Shown here: positions 53,901 to 64,000 of the stretch, piece by piece
Numbering within the stretch: the first letter of the stretch is position 1
Layout: the number at the start of each line of letters is the position of its first letter
NCBI GenBank assembly: GCA_903813345.2
Contig: CAIIXF020000001.1
Span: 9,486,001-9,550,000, forward strand
Origin: Owenia fusiformis
Lineage: Eukaryota
Direction of reading: 5' to 3'
Length of the DNA stretch: 64,000 nucleotides
Translations under genes and position numbers: made by a program
Notes under the pieces: model-generated
The model's input: the letters and a program-made list of their open reading frames with translations, nothing else
The model's database searches: none
Told to the model about the DNA's origin: nothing

Positions 53901-56900
53901 AGGGTTAAATTATGCAAATTAACTTATTTGCGTATCAAAAATATTTTTTCTGAATTACTGATGTTATTACATAAACTTTGGTGAAAAAATTAAGTTTGTA
54001 CCTCATATACTTTTAAAATTATGAATTAAAGTCCATTTTTATTTGACCCCCTCCCCTCAAAAATCTGGGTAGGGGGAGAATTTTTTTCACAGTCTTTATC
54101 TAAGATACACTTCTAATATTTTGCACATTTATTATACATATATAGATGCATTTTTAGGAATTATTTCATAAGTTATAACTTCATATGAAGGCAATAACAG
54201 TAAATGTGATATAACATCATTTCGTCATTTACTAGTTTTTATGGCAGTTTAAGGGTTAAATTATGCAAATTAGCTTTTTTTCATTCAAAATATTTTTTTC
54301 TTCATTACTGATGTTATTTCATAAATTCTGGTGAAAAAATTAAGTTTGTATCTCATATACTTCCAAAGTTATGAATTAAAGTCTATTTTCTTCTGACTCC
54401 CCTAAAATTATAGGGCGGGGGGTATAAAGATGAAGATATCTTATTTTCGCAAGTCTCAAACTCTAGATATCACCCCACATCATAAAAGTAACTTATTTTC
54501 CAACAAGAACTGAAAAAATCTCGCGTAATACTTTCCAATATCCATTTTTACTTTCTAGCTGTTTCTCAGAACTTGGGTCCCTGAGTAATTGTTTCTTCCT
54601 GCACTAGATTGGATGTTGTGATCGCTTTGTAGCCTCTCATATATTCCGACATGTCGTTTTACTACTCAATTTGCGTATATTATATACGGTCACTTTTGGA
54701 GCGGGCTTACACCTCTATGTAACATTTCAGAGTTTTGCGAGAACAATCCATGTGGACGAAATGGCGAATGCCACAGTCATGTGGAAGGTTTTGTTTGCTA
54801 CTGTAAACCGGGGTACACTGGAACACTTTGCGACATGGTTATTAGTAAGTCATGTCATTGTTATTGCTCGTAGCATCGTTTGCTTACGTGCGTATCTCTC
54901 GGATCTCCTTTCTAGTTTTTAATGTCACCAATTATTTATGCGATAAATGAATCAAGCACTAAACATTAATAATCATGATACAAAAGAGTAATCAGATATC
55001 TTTGTTTTTACTTCTACATTTTTGCTCTTTCACCTTTTGTAGTTGTTCCCTCGACGTGTCCAAAGACCTTAAACCCTCCAACAGGGATAATGCAAAGTGA
55101 CAACTATCCGAATAGGTATGCCAACGGGATACTCTGCCAGTATACATTGAATCTGAATAACGAACGGCAGGCTTGGAAAGACATCACGATGACCGTTGAC
55201 GGATTCAAGACAGAGTCCTGTTGCGATCGTTTGACAATAAATGGACGCCCATATGCTGGAGACGGAAGTGTTACTGGGTCAGGGGATAGACGCGGAATGC
55301 GAGCCATGATGGAAGGTCGCACATATTTGTGTAAGCGAGTTAAGAGTCCATTGTAACGTTTGGACTACCACCTGACCATTTCCTTCCATGATATGGTAGA
55401 TCAAACAAATTACATAAAATTAGCATGAAAAAAAATTAAATCAAAATAGCGAGACTTAGATCATTAACATTTTATTATTTTTTGGATACAAAAATATTAT
55501 TCCTTGCCCTTTTTCTACAGTTCGCAGCAGGGATGTTAGTTTCGTCATGAATTTTCGCACTGATAGAAGTGTTACGTACAAAGGATTTTCAATTAGCTAC
55601 AATGTTCGAAACAGTGCCAGCCCCGATGGTCTAACAGGTAAAGACTGCATTGTTTATAAATTACATTCTTCACATCTGAAATTTTCGCCGATAAATAATG
55701 TATACCCTATGTTTAATCGTAAATTTATTGTAACTGTATGATTGCATTATGACCTTACCAAGGCTTATCATCGAATCAATCAACGCCCCCAACTTCTTTT
55801 GTATAACAGTTACACGTTGCATAAATGCATCAAAAATTAAATATCTCGTTCGTTTTATTATCTCCCGAAGTCTTTACAACTACCAACATCAACACACAAT
55901 AAGGCAATTTACTTAATTAATTTGGATGGTAACTAATGGAGGGACCCATACCCAATGACAATGAACAGTAAAATTCTTCGTTCTTTTCGTATGTGATTGA
56001 CGCTTTCACATCTTACTTGCAGAATCGTGTGTAAACAATCCCTGTCAGAATAGCGGAATCTGTCATAGCTTGGACAGTGGTCCTATGTGCATCTGTCCCC
56101 CCAAGTATAGTGGTAACCTATGTCAGAGTATAAGAGGTAACATTGACAGCTATATGCGTGTTTCTTTACACCGAGTTCCAATTTGATCTTACAAGTCCAT
56201 TCTAACTTGATATTTAGCTACATCCATAGTACTAACGTTTAACATCATGTGTAACTGGAACGAGTGAGTCGGAGTGGCTTATCTTTAATGTAGACAGAGT
56301 GATGGTAGTGTAGTCTTCATTTCTTCCAGTCATGGATTGTACTACACGTAATGATTCTTAATTGGTTTGCGGTAGATCATAGTTTCCGATATTGTTTTTA
56401 CCTTGATATTATTTTGTTTTCTTCCCGTGTTTCCCAATTATCTGGTCCTTTCCCATTTTGCATTTGTGTTAACATATGTTTCAGAGACGTTCAACTGTCC
56501 ACGTCACTATTTTGAACCAGTCGGTATCATTCAGAGTCCAAATTGGCCGTTGCCTTACCCACGAAATGCTATATGTAATTATTACATCACGGTTGATGGT
56601 ATACAAGGGGCGTACAGAGAACTGTTGGTATATGTTCAATACTTTGAGACGGAACGGCGTCGAGACGTTCTGACTATCAACGGGATACAGTACAGTGGCT
56701 TTGGCTACTTTGACGATTCTGCCATGGGGATAATTCAAACATATAAATGTGAGTGAAGGGTAGAAACGGGCTACAGAAGAAATGATTCATTTGGGATTTA
56801 TCCCCATTCAAAATGGCTTTGAAGTAGCTAATAAAGATAAACATGCAAGGTGTAGTTGTGTAGATCATATATATGGAAAGCGAAAAATTAAACCTGTTTG

Positions 56901-58297
56901 CATATCATCATCTCCGTTCTATATACTTCTATATTACTACTGGAGTCTCATTTTCATGAATTTGTCAAACTGGGCATCTCCTTTGTCTGAGGTATCATAT
57001 CTAGATGGTGCTTGTTTGTGGCACACCAATGGGTATCTTGCACGAGGAATTAATTGAAAGTTTGTGCGAAAGATGTAATCGATTAACATGAAACATTTAA
57101 TTCTCGTCAATTTATCATCTTATGCAATACTTCTTAATTTGTGTCACCCACGTTTTTTCAGTCTTTACTAAAGGAAACCAATTTAACATCACCTTCAAAG
57201 CAGGAAGAGCGAGGGACCGTCACCCCGGTTTCTCATTACAATACCTAGTCCAATCTGCAGGTAAGTCTTCAATTTTCATTGTGATTGCTCGTATGTTGGC
57301 ACGCTTGTCTACTTTCTTGTTTTGGGCCTAGTCTAGATGCTACTTTGTGTAAAGTTCGGACATGTTTTTCTGCAAGTCTGTACAAAATCTGAAACACGAA
57401 ATTTCGCAGTTTTACTAATGACTCTTTTTGGGGCCTCCATATTGTAGGTTAATTAAATTGATTTTTATCAAATTGGTAGGTGTTCCCCATGTTGTCATGA
57501 ACTCATAGTTATAGTTTATCATTTGTAGATACAACTGTGACCTATCCACCCACATCACCATCCACAAGGGACCCAGGGGAGTTCACCTCGAGGGCAACAA
57601 TGCCACCACAGACACGCCCGACAGAACCACCACAAACACAACCAAGAGTGACTACACCTAGAATCACAATGCCGCCATGGACAGGCACCCCACCTGGAAC
57701 ATTTCCACCATTTACAGGGTTCTGGACAACCCGTCCAAACCAACAAAGAACTCCTGCTCCAAGGAAAGGTGAGTTCTACAGAACGCACCTGGCTATGGCT
57801 TGTCGTCTCTCGAAATGTGCAAAAATATATCTGATGAGGCTCTATAGTACTGCAAAGGTTATCTCCACGTTGTAATGGCTGATCTCATTATGTGAAATTA
57901 TAAAATGGATATACTTCAGATGTGACAATCATTAGAATTTGTAAGGTCACCAAGGTCATATATTCCACAATGAACATTCCCATCAATAAAGACCTTTAAG
58001 TGAATACAAGATCAAACATACCGAAACATGATTTCATAAACTTTAACCATCATTCACGTTACTTTTGATTTAATTTAAGGAAATGGCATTGGAGCTGGTG
58101 GTATAGTTGGTATCTGCATAGCGGTGCTCATAGTCATAGGTGTGGGTGGATTTGTCGGATTTCTGTTTATGAAGAAACGAGGTTTAACATTGGGTCTAAA
58201 ACAAGCCATGAAACCTGGATTTGACAATGCAGTGTACGGACAGAATGAAGAGAGAGTGAACATTGGGAATGTAATTGCCACTGGCTCGCGTGCTTAG
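41929..58297 (+). CDS. Type I membrane protein with 6 CUB and 4 EGF domains, Pro/Thr stalk and short cytoplasmic tail, ~1177 aa
   Basis: 22 phase-compatible exons: 41929-41972, 42425-42504, 43033-43293, 43412-43528, 44185-44307 (GC donor), 44606-44869, 44986-45105, 45258-45371, 45584-45856, 46548-46649, 47328-47396, 47595-47720, 48910-49179, 49469-49585, 54731-54844, 55043-55330, 55521-55637, 56023-56136, 56485-56748, 57162-57260, 57529-57768, 58080-58297 (3534 nt). Signal peptide MFRKNLFAAAVVTYFCCVVG; CUB motifs GTITSPNYPQVY and FVTDGSVQKMGF; TM IVGICIAVLIVIGVGGFVGFLFM followed by KKR. Confidence 0.85.
42102..42176. mobile_element. 75-bp MITE with 9-bp TSD (AcademH-like ends)
   Basis: Perfect 19-bp TIR TAGCCTTGCCCAAGTCGGT / ACCGACTTGGGCAAGGCTA; GACTAAATC at 42093-42101 and 42177-42185. 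Confidence 0.85.
45915..46221. mobile_element. MITE with 8-bp TSD (P- or hAT-like)
   Basis: TIR AAGGAGGATTGGCTCCCAG / CTGGGAGCCAATCCTCCTT; flanks CTGTAGTC and CTGTAGCC (one mismatch). Confidence 0.75.
46235..46503. mobile_element. Degenerate MITE
   Basis: GTGGCGGATC...GATCCACCAC ends; no clear TSD. Confidence 0.35.
46834..47188. mobile_element. TA-flanked MITE
   Basis: TA-CTTAGGTGGTTCAAAA...TTTTGAACCACCTAAG-TA plus a long subterminal inverted repeat (TTCAAGGAAAATAGGACTTTTACAATGAAACTTGG). Confidence 0.85.
47781..48845 (+). mobile_element. Degenerate mariner element
   Basis: TIR CAAGGGCCGGTCCAGAAGTTCTGATAAAATGCT / AGCATTTTTATCAGAACTTCTGGATTGGCCTTTG-TA. Relics GHYPYFPD (~48334; cf. HPPYSPDL) and CINAEGHYFE (~48548; mariner C-terminal motif). 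Confidence 0.75.
51560..51835 (+). mobile_element. 3' fragment of a CR1/L2-type non-LTR retrotransposon nested in the foldback element
   Basis: NYFNTHGDFHRYNTRG followed in another frame by FSGYSIWNNLPEEIK: the HxYNTR and WNxLP motifs typical of CR1/L2 ORF2 C-termini. Confidence 0.6.
52467..52778 (-). pseudogene. Decayed transposon-protein C-terminus with a Cys-rich (Cys8/CXC) finger
   Basis: Manual translation LPLIMDAFLVYNNYTFQ*SDKPLFEIPEPGNGFGCQVVHITLETIKMTKKPKLDITKIPKSFCTCKRYKDKAIC*TTCSCATAGTECFAACSCGSKESECGRE*, with two internal stops; this frame is absent from the ORF track. Confidence 0.7.
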
Positions 58298-61200
58298 GCA
58301 TGTGTCCCATGCATGTTACAATTTCTGATTTAAAAAGTATAACACCAATCATCTACTATAGTATTTCATTTGTGTCTCTGTATCCTTTGCACTGTATAAA
58401 TTACCTGTACATACAAAATGACCAAAGTGCCAGAATTGATGAGGAAAATGAAAAACCTCAAATGAACTTTATGTTATTTGTTAATTGAAAACGTGACCTA
58501 GAGACTTCTATTGTCTAGAAAATAATAAAAAATAATGTAATGTGAATCAACTTTATATTACCGGTTAGTCTACGAAGCCGCATAAGGAATAATTGAGTCC
58601 GGTACTAACTGACGTCGGGAGTTTTCTATAGCTTCTTCAAGAATTGAGGCCATGCACCATGATCAGATCTGTCTAAGATATTTATACTGGCAATGTACCT
58701 AACACTGATATATTGAGATGTAGTTAAGACCCCATAATGTACAGTACGTGGTATTGACATTAAGGATGTAAGGTCCTGAAACAAGGGCCGAAGATAATTA
58801 CCTCACCATAAGTTCTAGGAAGGTAAGCTAAAGCGGCGGATCAACGGAGAATTCTCAATTTTAATGGACAATCGTACGTATGACGTGCACGGACCTGGGG
58901 ACAATTCGGGAAATACGGGGTAATCTCAGCTTAAGCGTTAATATCTACCTTATTTAAAAAGCTAACTATGTGCATTATATATTATTTTGAAGTATTTTTT
59001 ATTCGCATTTCACTGAAATTATTTTTCCATGGAAAGTGTGATAGGATCTACCATATTTTTGAAGTTAAATGTACTCCGACATCGTCAAATACGCTGTAAG
59101 ACGTAACATTTCACGCTTGCACGGTTCGTTGAAATCGGGATAACTTATACTGATCAGAATTTTACTAAAATTTCACATTTTATTCATTGAAACATGTGCT
59201 TTTATGACGTCACAATTGCCTAGCGGCTACAGTTCAAATAGTCTTATATGAACGCTTTTAAGATTTTCAAAATTGTGTAAGGTTTTGAAGGCGAAGGAGA
59301 CAAGCAATAAGTTTACCTTTATTTAACCTTCTAATTTAGGTCTGATTTCAAAAAAAATTTAACTGCACAATATTGTCATGGCGAAATTTACAAAACAATA
59401 ACCGATTTCTTTATTTTTCAAATAATAAGAGAATAAGAGTTGCTTTTAGAGACTTGAAAAAATGTAACGCATCGATTTTTTACCACAAATCCCATACTAT
59501 CAATTTTTACTAACGCCCCGAGTGGACTTCATGACCGTTTTCAAATCAAAAAACATTTTAGAAATATTGTCCTCGAGATCTTGTTGCTGTGTTAATTTTA
59601 CCAGGATTGAATAAGAATAAAGCATCTTATTTTTAGGTTGACTTAACTTGACAAAATGTAACGCTTGTCGTTTTTGACGTTATAATGCTGATTGCCCCCT
59701 ATACTGCCCATTGTATTGTTTTGGTATTTTTCAAAACCAAATTTCACTTTAGGCAAATGAGTATTCGTATTATGGGATTTCGCAGAGGTAGGAAAGGGGA
59801 GTTGACTATTTATTATAACCCACGGAAGTCAGTGATTTCATGTGCATCTTCATGGATTCCCACTTCTTATCTTAGCGAGTATTTTGTTTTCAAATTGTGA
59901 CCCTTATTGTTTTAATCCGGTAACTCAGTTTAGGGAAAGGTCAAAATAACTGTTTCGTAGCCACGTTTAAAGATAAATCAATCAAGCAACCAATCAACAA
60001 TGGTGTTCAAATACTTCTTCTTTTTCAAGATTGACCACATTTTGTCACAGAAATCATTACGGTGGCTTGATTGCAAAAAACAGAAGTCTGTTATTATACA
60101 TCTTTGATCTTGAACTTTTTGTTCAGATTTTATTCAGTTTCTTTAGTAACAAAGTGCATATCAATAATTCTGTATATCAATCACTTTGATCAATACGATT
60201 ATTCAAATTAAACGGTGAGCTCAAATGCTTTAATAATTTACTTGGATTGCAAATAAAGATACTTCTAAGTTAGCAAATGGATAAGTTTTATATTTCAAAT
60301 GAAATTATTTGGTACTAAAATAAAGGTGCGTTATAAAGGGGAAAAATCCGATAATTACTATAATTTAAGGTAATTTAAAGCTACTTAGTAGGCAAAGATT
60401 TATTGAATGTATAATTCCAACCAATCGTATATGACACCGAGCATAAATCATGTATCCATAATGAAATTAAAACACTTGGATTGCATGATTTTCCATTTAC
60501 TGTCATTTATTAAAGTTTTCTCAACAAATTACACAAGCTAGAAGTTTGAAGGCCATTTACAATATTTGGAGAAACGTAACCTTGAGAATAGTATAAGTCT
60601 TCCGGTCAATATATGTCAAGTGAAGAATTAAGTAAACACTGAACTTGCTTGATTATACCATTTAAAATAGCGCAATCAAGATAAGTTGATATATTTTCTC
60701 GTACATTTATACACAGTTGAGATATCAAAGGAAGGGCTAAGAGGAAATTCAAGATGAGACATGTTGAAGTCGTTGTAATGAGTTCCATCAATCAACACAT
60801 AGTGAATATGTACTGTAGGCACAAGGGCCACACAAGGGCCACACAAGGGTTAAAACAAACATTCTTAAAATACACACGCTCGTACAGATATCATATCCAT
60901 TCGTGGATAAAAATCATATCACTCATAAATCATCGGATGTTCTCTTCATTCTGTTAGTTAAATTATGCACTCGTGTTCGTCACCGCCTCTACGTATTTTA
61001 TGTTCTAAACTATCTATATCAAAACGAGTCTTTTGTAAGTGTTTTAATTTTTGGTGCATTTATCAGACCCTCATCGCAAATTAATAAATGTCCACTGATC
61101 AAAGATTGTGACTGTTCATCACTAGATTCTTCAAAATCACCAGTAATTAAGTGTTTTAAATCGAATTTTTTAAAACACTAGGCCACAACTGTCAGCCTCG

Positions 61201-62063
61201 TTCTGAGTCACTTAACACAAATCATATGGTATTACGGCGCGTTTAAAAGCCATGGATGGTACAGTGAAAAGGTGCAAAAATGTATCATATTTTCCCGCAA
61301 AAACAGCGTTTTAAATTATGACATTAATTCCTATGAATATCGCAGTAACTATGTATGTAGGCAGTAACTATGTAGGCTAATGGATTCAAAGAATAGTAAC
61401 AACCAAGAGTATCACTCGTCATAAGTAAACAAATCCCCAGAATCCAAAAAGATGTACGGACAACCCCCATACAAACCATTCAGAAATCATTGTCAACATT
61501 GAAAACCACTACATCATGGGACATATTATTTATATAATGAAGTAATTATTATGGTATAATATGAGAAACAACATTTAAGAAAGAAATTGTATTTCCGTCT
61601 CGAATGATGTGGGACAGATGCTGCAAAAGAGTCCTATTCCTCTGTAATACACAACTATTTTTACTGTCGTTATATCAGTTTTTATAATATGTTTTATAAT
61701 TGCGTTTTAATATGCAGATATATTTTTCAACCTAAAATGGTTATTTTAGGATTCGGTGAAATCGATGACCCTCATAAATTTCAGAATTTCAGAATTTAAG
61801 CACGAGACTCATCAATTAATGTACATATGTCTTGTATCACAGGGCCCCGCCCTCATTCAATGTTTGATAATAGACAATTGTGCCTAAATTTGTCCACATT
61901 TTGGTATATAAAGTTTATCAAAAAGTAAAACAGAAGGCGGAATAGAATGTTATGTATTCATATTATATACTTTGTTCTGATTGGTTGGAAGTGATATGTG
62001 ATATAGGTCAATCACTTCACTTCCTTTAATTCTATAAATTCCGTATTGTTCAACTTATCTTAT

Positions 62064-62373
62064 AATTCTTGAAATGGTCCCATATGATGATCATGAAAGG
62101 AGAAAATTCTACAGTATATATAATATCTTCTAAAATGATATATAAGCACAAATGCCTAAGGGAATACCTTTTTAACTTTGTGGTTTGTTCCCAGAATGAA
62201 ATATAAAGGTTAGGCCAATGCAATTCTTGAAATTGTCCCATATGATGATCATGAAAGGAGAAAATTCTACAGAATATATATATATATATATAAATATTAT
62301 AATATTTTCTAAAATAATACCTGTTTAACTTTGTGGCTAGTTCCCAGAATGAAATGTAAAGGTTAGGCCAATG
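62064..62373. repeat. Tandem duplication, ~159-bp unit x2
   Basis: ATTCTTGAAAT(G/T)GTCCCATATGATGATCATGAAAGGAGAAAATTCTACAG at ~62065 and ~62223; both copies end AAAGGTTAGGCCAATGCA. Confidence 0.85.
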
Positions 62374-63616
62374 CACTAGATTAATTACTAATTAGCAGTT
62401 ATAGGGATGTAATTCCTCTTTATTTCGAACCAATTGTATTGACGGGAAATAAAATAGGTCGCTTGCATCTACACAACATCCTCATTCTAATGTGAAGAAA
62501 TTGTCTTAGCCTGGGCAAATGTCGGCCATTTGTTTTTGAAAACCAATTATCTGAAATCCATTAGCGTCAATACGTAATCTTTTGTTTAACTTTATTTCTA
62601 ATTTGACCCAGTCTGCATGTTAAGAGTTTTAGGTATAGATAATGTTTATGAATTCACAGGGAAGAAAATATCTAGAGATTATACCATAGGTTAGGTGAAG
62701 ATTACTAATTGTTGCGACTTGGAGAGTGGACATTAACAATGTAGTTATGCTACTAGGATTTTATGATGATACTGACATGGTCATCCAATTAATAAAGATA
62801 GATAATATATCTGAGGATAACATATATCCTATTTCATTGTCTTATACTAATGGACGCATTCTTGACTTAAAGAAAATACATTAGCGAATATCGAAATGCC
62901 ATTAGATATGCTCTTTGACAATCCATTAAAAGAACGGATTGTCCCTTTACGATCATCTTAACGTCATAAAATCACACGGACGTTTCTAGAGAAAATTACA
63001 TGGTGGATTAGCGCTAAACGCAGGTTGGCAAATTCTTATTCTGTTGATAGGCTATGATATTTCTTGTTCCGAGACTGAAACCAGAACCTATACTAGTTAT
63101 TGTATACTTCGGGATCATAAAGAAGTAGATGCTGTGGCTGACTGACTCGATCATTTCTTTTGTAGCAATTGTTTAGAAATGTAACACATTCGATTGATAA
63201 TCGCTACCTAAGTAACACATCGGTTACTATTTATATATGAACTAATCGCAATGCCCAGACAACTTATTGCCAGAATACGAGAAATAGGTGAAACAAAAGC
63301 GACTAAGCCATAGACAATCTAGGATTTATTGCGAAATAAGTTTATAGGATAACATGGTATTAAAACACGGATCTCTCATAGTAATTATAGCGCTTTAATA
63401 GAACAGTTTTTCTGTTTACCAATCAACTTTAATAACACGATTTACTTATTTACAAAGTAGACAAAATAATGCAAAGCGAGACATCAGGAAAGCATTGAGT
63501 CATTGCAATGACACTGTAAACAGCTCTGAGGAAAATAAGAAACGGCTTTTTAATAGCAATTGCCGTTGAAGATTATTGCGAACTAGACGCTGATGATAAC
63601 ATACATAGATATTGGG

Positions 63617-63852
63617 GAGAGGTAAGTTAAATTTGTTCAAAAACCTTTCACGTTGTCATTACTTCTAAGATATTTTCTTTTAACAAATGCAACGAAAATT
63701 ATATTGAGAAGAGGTAAGTTTTTGTTCAAAAACCTCTTCACGTTTTCATTACTTCTAAGATATTTTCTTTTAATAAATGCAACGAAAATTATATTGAGAA
63801 GAGGTAAGTTTTTGTTCAAAAACCTCTTCACGTTTTCATTACTTCGAAGATT
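63617..63852. repeat. Tandem repeat, ~90-bp unit x~2.6
   Basis: GAGGTAAGTTTTTGTTCAAAAACCTCTTCACGTTTTCATTACTTCTAAGATATTTTC repeated; accounts for the repetitive ORFs at 63637-63982. Confidence 0.9.
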
Positions 63853-64000
63853 TTTTTTATATTCTCCTTTTACAAATGAAACGAGAATTATCCTCCAACA
63901 GTGTGATGTCTTACATAAAAGTAATTGTTCTGAAGCAATAAAGTATGATTTTCTCAATTATTACAATTTTATATTCTTATAGTAGGACAATTTTATTGAT

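Larger units (their letters stand above)
49761..54587. mobile_element. 4.8-kb foldback-type element, probably Academ-derived, with ~347-bp tandem repeats in both arms
   Basis: Termini TACTTAGGGACCCA...TGGGTCCCTGAGTA with ATT on both sides. Arm repeats at ~49955/50305/50650/50998/51340 and inverted at ~53337/53665/54015/54362. Central minus-strand Cys-rich transposase relic. Confidence 0.85.

Noticed and set aside
58760-59970. Possible TTAA-flanked (Kolobok-like) element
   Set aside because: Terminal similarity too weak to support.
60000-64000. A further gene at the right end
   Set aside because: Only short AT-rich or repeat-derived ORFs; no coherent exon chain found.

Overview
AT-rich, intron-containing eukaryotic (invertebrate animal-like) DNA, not prokaryotic; most short ORFs in the track are single exons or noise. 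Five protein-coding genes can be assembled by hand from splice sites and reading phase: (1) the 3' end of a TauE/SafE-family membrane protein (+); (2) a 14-exon astacin metalloprotease, astacin-EGF-CUB-EGF-EGF-TSP1 (-); (3) an 18-finger C2H2 zinc-finger protein with a single coding exon (-), head-to-head with (4) V-ATPase V1 subunit H (+, 13 coding exons); and (5) a 22-exon type I membrane protein built as (CUB-EGF-CUB-EGF-CUB)x2-mucin stalk-TM-FDNAVY tail (+). The rest is rich in DNA-transposon relics: pogo/Tigger and mariner derivatives, MITEs, two 4-5 kb foldback-type elements with Academ-like ends, and Crypton-like hairpin repeats. Most notable: a Tigger-like element inserted inside the TauE stop codon and supplies a new 24-aa C-terminus; a 2.3-kb satellite whose unit is the last codons plus stop of the zinc-finger gene; a palindrome sharing a MITE's terminal repeat, with ZNF143-like sites, at the bidirectional promoter; and two candidate in-frame cassette exons in V-ATPase H at the junction alternatively spliced in mammals. 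All gene models are manual and lack transcript support; no database searches were run.
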